Source: Armatimonadia bacterium (lineage in GTDB: Bacteria > Armatimonadota > Zipacnadia > Zipacnadales > UBA11051). From it: a stretch of DNA of 25,575 nucleotides. The notes under the pieces are model-generated. The model saw only the letters and a program-made list of their open reading frames with translations. It had not been told where the DNA came from and did no database searches. This document shows positions 8,797 through 17,807 of the stretch, in pieces. The translations under genes and the position numbers were made by a program. The stretch is taken from contig JBDKRC010000007.1 of NCBI GenBank assembly GCA_039683575.1, forward strand, positions 1 to 25,575. Direction: 5' to 3'. Each line of letters starts with the position of its first letter. Positions within the stretch are counted from its first letter, which is position 1.

Positions 8797-11700
8797 GACG
8801 CCAGCCCGCTGACCACGAAATCCGCGAACTGGCCGCCCAGGCCGTCGAAAGCAGCATCTTCCTCGACGCCGGGGCCGGCTGCGGCAAGACCCAGGCGCTG
8901 ACCGACCGCTATCTCAACCTCCTCGAAGCGGGCCTCACGGTTTCGCAGATCGTCGCCGTGACCTTCACCAACAAGGCCGCCCGCGACATGCGCGCCCGCC
9001 TGCGCGAACGCTGTGAGGAGCGGGCGCACGGTCTCACTGATACGGCCGAGGCTGCCGTGTGGCTGCACCGCGCCCGCGAACTCGAATCGGCCCCCATCAG
9101 CACCATCCACGCCTTCTGCTCAAGCCTCCTGCGCCGCTATGCCATCAAGGCCGACCTCGACCCCAACTTCGTCGTCCTCGATGACATCCGCCAGCGCCTG
9201 CTGCTGTCCGGCAGTGTCCGCGAGTCCCTCTTGCGCCGCCTCGATGCCGACGAGCAGACCGCCGCCCTCGTGGTCTCCCAACTCGGTCTCGCCGAGGGCC
9301 GCGCGGCCATCGAGAAGCTCATCAGCCAGCGCGAGCAGTGGCAGGCCCAACTCGACAACCCGCCCACGCCCAAGCAACTGGCCGCCCAATGGGAGGCCAT
9401 GGCCGCGCAGATCACCGAAGAGCGCCTGAACCTGCTCGTCTCAAGCCTCCCGTGGCTTAAGTGCGTAAGTGCCCTGCGCCAGCATGCCTCGTGTGAACCC
9501 TCTGACAAGCTTGAAGTGCTGCGGCGGCACATGCTCCTGGCAGTCGAGACCGCCGAGAACCGCACGCTGCGCGTAGACCAGCGCCTCGGCGCCCTCCGCG
9601 ACCTGCTCTCGCTCGGTCAGGTCCCCGGCAAGGGCAAGGGCTGGGACAGCGACGAGTGCTGCACCGCCGTGGCCGATGCCTGCCGCAACCTCAAGAACGC
9701 AGGCAAGCGCCCGGCCGAGCTTATCAAGGAACTATGCCTCGCCGAGAAGCCCGATCCACTGCCCTCCGCCGAGCTAACCAGCGCCGTTCTCGTCGAAGCC
9801 CACCATGCCCTGCAGGGCTACGTGGAAGCCAAGGCAGAGCAATCGGCCCTCGACTACGAAGACCTGCAGCTCTTCGTACGCGATCTCCTGCGCGACAACC
9901 CCGCCGTCCGCCGCGATTGCCACGACCGTTACCGCCAGATGCTAGTGGACGAGTTCCAGGACACCAACTCGCTGCAAAAGGAGTTGCTCTGGCTCGCCGC
10001 CGGAGCCGAACCCGGTCAGGCCCCGCCCCCCGGCCGCCTGTTCGTCGTGGGCGACGCGAAGCAGTCCATCTACCGCTTCCGCGATGCCGATGTCACCGTC
10101 TTCGATGAGACCCGCCGCGAGTTCAGCGAGGCCGAAGGCCACGAGCGCCTGCGCCTGTCAGTCACCTTCCGCAACCGCCCGGCGCTGAGCGACCTGCACA
10201 ACGCCATGTTCAACGCCCCTGCCCTGCTCGGCCCGGACTATGAGGGCCGCCCGCCGTACGCGGCCTTCTACGAGCCCCTCAACACCCATCGTCTGACCGA
10301 AAACAACGCCGCCCCCTGTGACCTCATCCTCGTCCAGTCCGACGGTTCCGGATCGAACGTCAGCGCCGAGTACCTCCGCCAGCAGGAAGCCTTCGCCATC
10401 GCCGACTGGGTGAAACAGGCCGTGGGCACGCTCCCGGTCTACACGCGGGGCGCCGACGGCGAGGAAGTCGAGCGCCCACTGTGCCCCGGCGACATCGCCT
10501 TGCTCTTCCGCTCCACCAGCGACCTGCGCCTCTATGAACGCGCCCTGCGTCTGAGCGGCCTGCGCTACCACGTCTCCTCCGGCCGCGGCTTCTTCAAGCG
10601 CCAGGAGGTCCTCGACCTGCTCAACCTCCTCGGCGCGCTGGAGAACTGGCGCGACGAAATCGCCCTCGCGGGCGCCTTGCGCTCTCCGCTGTTTGGGCTC
10701 TCAGATGAGACGCTCTTCTGGCTCAAGATCCAGCCCGGCCAGCTTCGCGAGCAACTGAAGCTAGCCGCGGCGGGCGAGCACCCCCAGCAGCAGCACCTCG
10801 CTGCCACGGAGTTTGAGGCTATTCGCTTCGCCGACGAGCAACTCGCTGAGCTGCAGAGCCTCAAGAACCGCCTGCCGCTCTCGACGCTGCTTTCCGAGAT
10901 CATCACCCGCACCGGCTACACGGCCGCCCTCGCCGGGCTGTTCGGCGGCGAGCAGATGCTGTCCAATCTCCGCAAGCTCATTGACCTCGCCCGAGGCTTC
11001 GAGAGCGGGGGCAGCTATAGTCTCCGCGACTTTGTGGATTACCTGCGCGACCTCGTCGTTGCCGAAGAGCGCATGTCCGAGGCCCCGACCGAAGAGGAAG
11101 ACGCCAACTGTCTCAAGCTCATGACCATCCACGCGGCCAAGGGTCTCGAATGGCGCGTGGTGATCCTGCCCGACCTCGACCGCGGGGACAACCGCCCGAG
11201 TAATGGCGGCTGGCGCTATCATCAGCGCCACGGCCTCATCGCCGCGCCCCAGGAGGGCGACGACCGTCTCTGGCCCGAGCTTGGCCTGCTGATCTCGCAA
11301 CTTGAGGAAGCCGAGGACCTCGCCGAGTTCCGCCGCCTCTTCTACGTCGCGGCCACCCGCTCTCGCGACCACCTCGTGCTCAGTTCCGCCCTCGGCTTCC
11401 GCAAGGTCGGTGTAAGCTGGCTCGACATGCTCTCCGAGGCGCTGCAGATCGACACGCAGGCTGCGACCTCCCCCACCAGTCTCATCAACATGATCCCGGT
11501 GGTCGCCGAGGACCTCAAAGAACCCGCCCCGCCCCCGCCCGATCCCGGCCATGTTCACGTGCCGCCGCCCGCGGAGTTCCTGCGTCGGCGCCTCGCGCCC
11601 GTCGCGCCCGACTGTGCCGGGCTGACGCGCTTCACTGTCACCGGCCTCTCCGCCTATCGCACCTGCGGGACGAAGTACCAGCTCCACAACCTGCAGGGCC

Positions 11701-12329
11701 TCCCCGATGATCGCGTGGCAGGGCATCTGCCGGACTCCCTCGGCACAATCTCGGCCCTCGAACGAGGCTCCCTCGTCCACCGTGCCCTCGAAATCATCGG
11801 CAGCCGTGGTGACATCGCCACCACCGAGGCCCTGAACCTGACGCTCCAAACAGGCGGAATCCAACCCGCCGAGCGCTCCGCCATCGAAGACATGCTGGCG
11901 TGGTACCTGCAGACCGACCTCTACCGCGACCGCGTCCAAGCCGCCGAGCGCCTGCGCAGTGAAATGCCGCTATCCTTCCGCCTCGGCGACGCCCTCATCG
12001 AGGGCAAACTCGATGCCGTCGCCGAGCAGTCCGACGGCATGACGGTGGACGTGATTGACTACAAGACGGGGTACGGAGAAGGGGAAGGCGAAGATGAACA
12101 CCGCTTCCAGCTAGGCCTCTACTGCGCCGGTCTGGAGGCGCTGGGGAAGACGGTGCGCTCGGCGACTATCGTGTACCTTGACGGGCAACGGCTGCGGGAG
12201 CTTGAGGCGGAGGACTTCAGCCGGGCAGAGGCCGAGGCAGCCGAGGCTGTTGCGGGCATCCGCGCCGGCAACTTCCCGCGCGCCGAATCATGCAACAAAT
12301 GCGGCCTTCAATGGGCCTGCAACCAGTAA
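8793..12329 (+). CDS. addA: AddA/RexA-like UvrD-family helicase-nuclease, 1178 aa
   Basis: ATG at 8793 with GGAGG RBS; AGAGCGKT, TFTNKAARDMRARL, STIHAFC, VDEFQDTN, VGDAKQSIYRFR, MTIHAAKGLEW, RLFYVAATRSRD; C-terminal nuclease GKLD...IDYKTG...QLGLY. Confidence 0.92.
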   Translation: MRRQPADHEIRELAAQAVESSIFLDAGAGCGKTQALTDRYLNLLEAGLTVSQIVAVTFTNKAARDMRARLRERCEERAHGLTDTAEAAVWLHRARELESAPISTIHAFCSSLLRRYAIKADLDPNFVVLDDIRQRLLLSGSVRESLLRRLDADEQTAALVVSQLGLAEGRAAIEKLISQREQWQAQLDNPPTPKQLAAQWEAMAAQITEERLNLLVSSLPWLKCVSALRQHASCEPSDKLEVLRRHMLLAVETAENRTLRVDQRLGALRDLLSLGQVPGKGKGWDSDECCTAVADACRNLKNAGKRPAELIKELCLAEKPDPLPSAELTSAVLVEAHHALQGYVEAKAEQSALDYEDLQLFVRDLLRDNPAVRRDCHDRYRQMLVDEFQDTNSLQKELLWLAAGAEPGQAPPPGRLFVVGDAKQSIYRFRDADVTVFDETRREFSEAEGHERLRLSVTFRNRPALSDLHNAMFNAPALLGPDYEGRPPYAAFYEPLNTHRLTENNAAPCDLILVQSDGSGSNVSAEYLRQQEAFAIADWVKQAVGTLPVYTRGADGEEVERPLCPGDIALLFRSTSDLRLYERALRLSGLRYHVSSGRGFFKRQEVLDLLNLLGALENWRDEIALAGALRSPLFGLSDETLFWLKIQPGQLREQLKLAAAGEHPQQQHLAATEFEAIRFADEQLAELQSLKNRLPLSTLLSEIITRTGYTAALAGLFGGEQMLSNLRKLIDLARGFESGGSYSLRDFVDYLRDLVVAEERMSEAPTEEEDANCLKLMTIHAAKGLEWRVVILPDLDRGDNRPSNGGWRYHQRHGLIAAPQEGDDRLWPELGLLISQLEEAEDLAEFRRLFYVAATRSRDHLVLSSALGFRKVGVSWLDMLSEALQIDTQAATSPTSLINMIPVVAEDLKEPAPPPPDPGHVHVPPPAEFLRRRLAPVAPDCAGLTRFTVTGLSAYRTCGTKYQLHNLQGLPDDRVAGHLPDSLGTISALERGSLVHRALEIIGSRGDIATTEALNLTLQTGGIQPAERSAIEDMLAWYLQTDLYRDRVQAAERLRSEMPLSFRLGDALIEGKLDAVAEQSDGMTVDVIDYKTGYGEGEGEDEHRFQLGLYCAGLEALGKTVRSATIVYLDGQRLRELEAEDFSRAEAEAAEAVAGIRAGNFPRAESCNKCGLQWACNQ

Positions 12330-12331
12330 AT

Positions 12332-12381
12332 GGAGGGGCCGAATGCCGACAGCCTCACCGTCGGCATCCGGCCCGTCTTTT
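12332..12381 (+). repeat. GGAG-footed REP-like hairpin, possibly doubling as a terminator between convergent genes
   Basis: GGAG + GGGCCGaATGCCGAC-agcctcacc-GTCGGCATcCGGCCC (14 of 15 bp paired) followed by gtctttt. Shares the GGAGGGGCCG...CGGCCC frame with the copies at 13945 and 25376. Confidence 0.65.
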
Positions 12382-12392
12382 GCCGTTCGCCG

Positions 12393-12415
12393 GGAGCGCG
12401 GGCATCCCTGCCCGC
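12393..12415 (+). repeat. GGAG-footed REP-like palindrome (second family)
   Basis: GGAG-c-GCGGGCA-tccc-TGCCCGC, 7-bp stem. Confidence 0.6.
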
Positions 12416-12423
12416 TCGGGCCG

Positions 12424-14610
12424 TTACCCCGTATCGTGCTCAACCCGCTCCAGCACTGTCAACTGCAGGTCCCGCCCCAGCAGGTTGAAATACTCCGAGT
12501 ATCCCCCAACGCGGATGATCAGGTCGCGGTAGTTCTCCGGATGCTCCATCGCGTCCCGCAGCACCTGCTGGTCTACCACGTTGATCTGTAGCTGCATCCC
12601 TCCGAGATCGAAGTACGTCCGGATCAGCGCCTGCAACTGCGCCCGCGCCGCCGGGTCGTTGAAGAGGCGCTTGGTGAAGCGAATGTTATGCACCAGCGTC
12701 CCCGGTGCCAGGAAGTGCGGTACCTTTGTCATTGATCGCAAAAGCGCCGTCGGCCCCGAGCGGTCCCGGCCCTGCACTGCCCCCGCCGAGTCCGCAATCG
12801 GCGTCTGCGCCAGCCGCCCATCCGGCGTCGCCCCGACCTGCGTCCCGAAGTAGCCATACGTGACGAACATCAGGCACGACGCCAGATAGCGCCCACCGCG
12901 CCACGGCGTGTGCTGCATGAACTCGCTGAAGACGTGCGTGGAGACCTCCGTCGCCAACTCATCCACATAAGGATCGTCATTCCCAAAATGCGGGCAGCGG
13001 CTCAACCTCAGCCGCAGCGCCTCCTGCCCCTCGAAGTTGGCCTTGAGCGCCACCAGCAACTCATCCGCCGTCACGTCCCCCTCGTCGTAGATGACCTTCT
13101 TCACCGCTGCCAGCGAGTCGTACGTGTTCGGCAGCCCCGCCACATTGATGACGCTCCAGTTATACCGCGCCCCGCCCGCGTTGTACTCCGTCGCGTTGTC
13201 CAGGCAGTCATCCACCAGCAGCGTCCGGATCGGCTGCGGCTGCCACTGCGCCTTGGTCCGCTGGTACCCATCCACCCGCTCGCAAAGCTCATGGATGTCG
13301 CGGCTAATGTCTTCCCGCAGCCGCCCCATGAACTCCTCGAACGTCCCGCACAACGCCAAATGCCGGTGCAGGCTCTGCTCCAGCGTCACGGCCAGGTTGA
13401 AGGTGTCATCCAGCGACCCGACGTTCGACCGCCCGTGCACCATCAGTTCGGTACACCCGCCGAACGCATACCACGGTAGATCATCCTCCGCCACGCCCAG
13501 ATCCGCGTGCGCCATCGCCGCCAGGTACTCTTCCTCATTGTAGAGCGCCGGGATGCCACTCCCGCCCGAAATCGTCTCCAGCGCCTGCTCCCAGTACTCC
13601 TTCGGCGTATCCTTCCGCAATCGCAGCGCCAGATTTGGCCGCCGCCGCCCCTTCGCCACCTCCAGACACACCAGCGTCAGGTCATTACAGCCCGACGACG
13701 CATCCGGCGCTGTACCCCCAATGGCGCAGTTCCACGCGAAGGTCGTATCCACGTTCTCAAACAGCTGACTTACCAGCGCCTTCGCCTCGTCTCGCGTCAT
13801 AGCCCCCGACGCCAGATCGTCCCGGTAGTACCCCCAAAGCTCCTGATCAAACCGCCCCAGATCATCGCACCCGTCCAGATAGAACAGGAAGTTGGTCCCC
13901 ACTACCGCCTCATAGAACGATAGCCGCTCCTCCTCGGGGCCTTCGGAGGGGCCGCGCTTCAGCCGGCCCAAGCCGTTGTCCCCGACCACCTTCCCAATCC
14001 CCGCCACCAACTCCGCTGGCGCCCCGCTCGCCCGCAGATGCGCCACCACCCGCCCGACCAGCGCCTCAATCCCCTCCAGCAGCACCAACATCGCTTCATG
14101 GAAGCCCTTCTCCTCCGCCCGCGCCTCGCTCCGCAGCCGCTCCACCCGCGCCCGGTACCCACCCAACCCCTCGCGCAGCATCCGTCCGAAGTTGATGATG
14201 CTGTGCGTGTAGCCCTGCACCGGTGGATAGTCCGCCACCGCCGCCCGGTACAGCGCCAGCGCCTCCCGAACCTCCGGCCGCTCAGCCTGCGCGATCTTCT
14301 CGTCCAGCAGCCCCAGGTTAAAGCACATCGCCCCCGAGTAATGGAACGTCGCGGTCTGGCCGGAGCTATACAGCGGCGCGCTGCACGGATACAGCGCCTC
14401 TCCCCCATACTCCGGCAGCGCGCAGGTCTCAAAGAACCGCTTCAGCGCCTGGCACGCCCGCAGCAGCGGCGGGTCGTTCCAGTGCGCCATGAAAGCGGCA
14501 GCCAGCGGCTCGCCCGCGTCCTCGAGTAGTGCCCAGTTGGTGGTTGTGACAGTGGACAATTCAGTCTCCGTTTTGCGACGGGTAACTTGGCCCCAAGACT
14601 CTTCTACCAC
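12424..14610 (-). CDS. Glycyl-radical enzyme (PFL superfamily), substrate unknown
   Basis: C-terminal glycyl loop QLQINVVD...AMEHPENYRDLIIRVGGYSEYF; single-Cys loop YAFGGCTE; GRFDQ; GATPDGR. Start is either GTG at 14610 (overlapping the upstream TAG) or TTG at 14559 (GGAG RBS, 6-nt spacer). Confidence 0.9.
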   Translation of the reverse strand: MVEESWGQVTRRKTETELSTVTTTNWALLEDAGEPLAAAFMAHWNDPPLLRACQALKRFFETCALPEYGGEALYPCSAPLYSSGQTATFHYSGAMCFNLGLLDEKIAQAERPEVREALALYRAAVADYPPVQGYTHSIINFGRMLREGLGGYRARVERLRSEARAEEKGFHEAMLVLLEGIEALVGRVVAHLRASGAPAELVAGIGKVVGDNGLGRLKRGPSEGPEEERLSFYEAVVGTNFLFYLDGCDDLGRFDQELWGYYRDDLASGAMTRDEAKALVSQLFENVDTTFAWNCAIGGTAPDASSGCNDLTLVCLEVAKGRRRPNLALRLRKDTPKEYWEQALETISGGSGIPALYNEEEYLAAMAHADLGVAEDDLPWYAFGGCTELMVHGRSNVGSLDDTFNLAVTLEQSLHRHLALCGTFEEFMGRLREDISRDIHELCERVDGYQRTKAQWQPQPIRTLLVDDCLDNATEYNAGGARYNWSVINVAGLPNTYDSLAAVKKVIYDEGDVTADELLVALKANFEGQEALRLRLSRCPHFGNDDPYVDELATEVSTHVFSEFMQHTPWRGGRYLASCLMFVTYGYFGTQVGATPDGRLAQTPIADSAGAVQGRDRSGPTALLRSMTKVPHFLAPGTLVHNIRFTKRLFNDPAARAQLQALIRTYFDLGGMQLQINVVDQQVLRDAMEHPENYRDLIIRVGGYSEYFNLLGRDLQLTVLERVEHDTG
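13945..13990 (+). repeat. REP-like repeat copy embedded in-frame in the glycyl-radical enzyme gene
   Basis: 13945-13970 GGAGGGGCCGCGCTTCAGCCGGCCCA is 25/26 identical to 25376-25401. The following gccgttgtccccgaccacc matches the reverse complement of 25420-25438 (gccgttatcaccgaccaac). Confidence 0.8.
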
Positions 14611-17600
14611 TACTGCCCGAGAGCGTCAATCTCGAAATCCGCCCCTGGATTGGCCTCCGCGATCACGAAGCGGTCACCAGGCTTGAAGTGCGTCGCGGCC
14701 TGCGGGTCCTTCAGCTTTATGGTGACATCGGCGACCGCATAGTACCCCGGCCGCGCCGTCGTGATCTGGAACCACTGCTTGCGGTCCGCCGTATACAGCG
14801 CCTTGCCGTCGTAGAGCCGGTGGCAGTTGAACAGCTTCTCCAGGCTGTCCTTCGTGAACACACTGTCGGGGTTCACCTGGTCTATCGTCCCGGCCGCGCT
14901 CACAAAGCTCGGTGCGTCTAGTTTGATGAGCCACGTGCCGTCGTTGTTCGCGACGATCTCCTTGATCCTGAACACCGAGTTCTTGATCCACTCCGGCTGG
15001 CTCAGCTTGAGGGTCTGCCCCGCCAGAGCCGTGCCCACCGGCAGCTTGTCGCCACTTTGCACAATCAGGGCGACCTTGTCGAAGTCCACTGCCGCAATCT
15101 TCCCCCGATACGCCCCCCGGTTGGCAACCTTCCTCACCCCAAAGTCAGCCAGCGTGCAGTTCACATGCGCGAGATCACTTTCGCCCATCGCCGGCACTCT
15201 CAGCACCGCCAGACTGCCCTGCAGTTGGTAGGTCTGCTCCCCATCCCTGAACCGGTACACCCGCTCCGGCCGCAGCGAAGACAGCACGATGAAGCTCCCC
15301 GCGCTGGTCTCGACCTTCACTCCCACGGGCAGCCCCTCATCCACCTTCCCCACCACCGGCAGCCCCGTCACCCTCTGTGTCTTCGGCGCCCGCTGCACCG
15401 GCTCGAAAGCCGCGCAGTACACACTCGTATCTGACCCCGTCGCGCCGTTGTCATCCCGCGCGATGATGTACCTGTCCCACGGTGAGATCCCCGGAGCGCC
15501 GTTGTGCTCGCCCCTGGCCAGGTACAACTGCCGCCCCTGCGCGCCAACCATCCACAGGTTCATGCTTGTCTGCTTCTCGTCGCCGACCCGCCACTGGCAC
15601 GACCAGTCCGCCGCGCCCTGCGTGAGTTCCACGTCCTTCAGGTAGCTATACCCGCTTCTGCGCTCCGGCTGCTCATCAAGGCTGTCATACGGCCCCTTGC
15701 CGGTATCGGCCATGAAGGCAACGTCGGGCCCCGCGAGGGTCCCGGGCCGGGGCTGCGGAGCCGGGTTGGCGCCCTGATTGAGCGTGAAGTTGTCCCCCTG
15801 CCACCCGCTCTGCCCGTGCCACAGGTAGTCCCGCCGCTCCCCGCCCTTCACCCGGAACACATCCACGAAGAAGTGCGCCTCGTCCCCCAGCGACACCAGC
15901 ACTGCCGTCCGGTGGTACAGTGAGGTGTTCTCATACACCTTCGCGCAGTGCGCCGCCGTCGCCTTGACGTTCGGCGTGTCCAGGAAGTAGTCCAGGCTCC
16001 CCGCCGACCCCGTCCGCTGGTCCTGGCTGTCCACCACTACCGTGTTGTGAGTGGCCGCATTCGCGATCCATTCCGCCCGCTTGGGCGACTGCAGGTTGAA
16101 CGGATACCCGTGATCCGCCGACAGGTCGTACCCCCACATGATCGGCTTGATCATAAGCTGGCTGTGATGCCCATGCCCCGCGCCGTTTTGCGTAAAGTTG
16201 AGCATCAGGTGCAGTTGCTGGGCGCTGCTGCCCGCACTGCGCATGATCGAGAACCCGATGTCGCCCATCAGGTCCGACGGCTGCGGCTCTTCGCGCGGGT
16301 GGTACAATGGTGTCCGCGTTCCGCCCGCATCACCCCACTCCGGCAGCCGTCCCGCGCAGTTGATCCGCGCCTCATACCCACGCACGCTCGTGTACAGCGG
16401 CCCCAGCACCTCATCGGCCTTCAGCCCTTCCGGGTACAGCTTCCGGCCCCGGAAGGCTTCCAGGTACTTCCCCTGCTCCAGGTACGAGTTGTTGACCCCG
16501 ATGGCATAGCCCGTCGAATCCTCATAGTACCGCCCATCGCGGTACACACAGTTAGTCAGCAGTTGCTTCAGCCCGTAGCGCCCGTTGAGTGCCTCATCCA
16601 TCAGCACGTCATGCCGGAAGTGCAGGGCCATCTCCATCATGACCGCAAACTGCCACGTCCGGCTGTTTCCGCGCGCCAGCGGCAGCGAACGGTGTACGAA
16701 CTCATACCCCCGCCCGAAAAAGTCCCGGTCGATGTGGTACTTCAGGTCCTCGTAATCAACCTTCCCGTCGCCGTTGTAGTCCCGGTCCTTCCCCTGCCTG
16801 AACCACTCCAGCACCGCCGTCTGCCCCTCTATCCCCCCGAACATCATGTCATACCCCTGCACCGAGTTGTGCAGGATGTTGCACTCGAAGTTGTGGTCGT
16901 CCAGATACGCCCGCGCCGGGTAGGTGTGCCAGGTATACAGGCTGTTGCCCGTCGAATAGATGTCGGCGATGCCCGCCAGAATCACCAGCGCCTTCTGCGC
17001 GTACACCGGGTTGCGCGTCAGTGCATACGCCCACCCCAGGCACCAGATCGGCCCGCGACCGATGGGGCCGTCGAACTCCACCGGCTTCATGTAGGGCGCC
17101 GAGACCAGGCACCGGATCAAGAACAGCCGGTACGCGGCGACGAAGTAGTACCTGCCGGGATTGGGGAATCCCTTCGGACACTTCCACCCGTACCCGTCAT
17201 CCTCAATCGTGACCTCCGCGCCCGTCTCGGGCACCTTCACCTTCATCCCCGGCCCCCACTCCTCATGCCCCACCTCACACCGCCAGCAGTTCCGCCGCCC
17301 CCAGATCGGCTTGAGCGTAACAATGCTGCCGAGATGCAGCGGGCAGCCGAGGCCATAGTTGGGCACAAGCTGCCGCGGGTTCTCGCCCGGCATCATCTCT
17401 CGCAGGAACTCATCGCTCTTGCCGGCCCAGTAGTCAGCAATCTTCAGCCACTCATGTCCCTTGTACTTCTCCGGGTTGGCCACGTAGTCAGCATGCAGCC
17501 TGTCCGCTTCCTCCTGCTTCATGAGCCCCTCGAAGGCTGCCTGTTTGCGCAGGCTCATGAAGCGGTCGAGTGACTGCTGGACGTCAGCGGGCGGGGGATA

Positions 17601-17687
17601 GAAGGAGTCATCATTGGCCGGGGCGGCGCCTAGCGCCGAGGCCAGCGTGGTCATGGCAAAAAACATGAGAGGCAGTTGCGGCGACAT
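14610..17687 (-). CDS. Secreted heparinase II/III-like protein 2, ~1025 aa
   Basis: ATG at 17687 with GGAGGT RBS; signal peptide MSPQLPLMFFAMTTLASALGA; motifs GAGHGHHSQL...ADHGYP...AATHNTVVVDSQDQ, DVFRVKGG...HG. Collinear with protein 1. Confidence 0.8.
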   Translation of the reverse strand: MSPQLPLMFFAMTTLASALGAAPANDDSFYPPPADVQQSLDRFMSLRKQAAFEGLMKQEEADRLHADYVANPEKYKGHEWLKIADYWAGKSDEFLREMMPGENPRQLVPNYGLGCPLHLGSIVTLKPIWGRRNCWRCEVGHEEWGPGMKVKVPETGAEVTIEDDGYGWKCPKGFPNPGRYYFVAAYRLFLIRCLVSAPYMKPVEFDGPIGRGPIWCLGWAYALTRNPVYAQKALVILAGIADIYSTGNSLYTWHTYPARAYLDDHNFECNILHNSVQGYDMMFGGIEGQTAVLEWFRQGKDRDYNGDGKVDYEDLKYHIDRDFFGRGYEFVHRSLPLARGNSRTWQFAVMMEMALHFRHDVLMDEALNGRYGLKQLLTNCVYRDGRYYEDSTGYAIGVNNSYLEQGKYLEAFRGRKLYPEGLKADEVLGPLYTSVRGYEARINCAGRLPEWGDAGGTRTPLYHPREEPQPSDLMGDIGFSIMRSAGSSAQQLHLMLNFTQNGAGHGHHSQLMIKPIMWGYDLSADHGYPFNLQSPKRAEWIANAATHNTVVVDSQDQRTGSAGSLDYFLDTPNVKATAAHCAKVYENTSLYHRTAVLVSLGDEAHFFVDVFRVKGGERRDYLWHGQSGWQGDNFTLNQGANPAPQPRPGTLAGPDVAFMADTGKGPYDSLDEQPERRSGYSYLKDVELTQGAADWSCQWRVGDEKQTSMNLWMVGAQGRQLYLARGEHNGAPGISPWDRYIIARDDNGATGSDTSVYCAAFEPVQRAPKTQRVTGLPVVGKVDEGLPVGVKVETSAGSFIVLSSLRPERVYRFRDGEQTYQLQGSLAVLRVPAMGESDLAHVNCTLADFGVRKVANRGAYRGKIAAVDFDKVALIVQSGDKLPVGTALAGQTLKLSQPEWIKNSVFRIKEIVANNDGTWLIKLDAPSFVSAAGTIDQVNPDSVFTKDSLEKLFNCHRLYDGKALYTADRKQWFQITTARPGYYAVADVTIKLKDPQAATHFKPGDRFVIAEANPGADFEIDALGQ

Positions 17688-17748
17688 CAAGCACCTCCGG
17701 TGGTAGGCGAGGAGGATGTTATTCGCGCTTGGCTGCCAGACCTGCACA

Positions 17749-17775
17749 AAGGAACCCCGCCGCTGAACAGCGAAT
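17749..17775 (+). promoter_or_regulatory. Putative sigmaH-type promoter for the GH20-like gene
   Basis: AAGGAACCCCGCCGCTGAACAGCGAAT = AGG-N19-GAAT, ending 32 nt before the ATG at 17808. Confidence 0.55.
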
Positions 17776-17807
17776 CCCCTCTGCAACCCCACAAGCGAGG
17801 GAAGACC

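Noticed and set aside
7087-11939. Minus-strand ORFs of 567 and 392 aa
   Set aside because: Antisense shadows of addB and addA.
5587-12329. Cas4-like nuclease or anti-phage helicase-nuclease system
   Set aside because: The Fe-S PD-(D/E)xK domains are fused to AddB/AddA helicase folds in the standard addB-addA order, and there is no CRISPR array or cas gene.
12424-14610. Annotation as pyruvate formate-lyase (pflB)
   Set aside because: It lacks the Cys-Cys active-site pair and has a single-Cys GCTE loop.
15948-17573. 541-aa plus-strand ORF
   Set aside because: Antisense shadow of heparinase-like gene 2.
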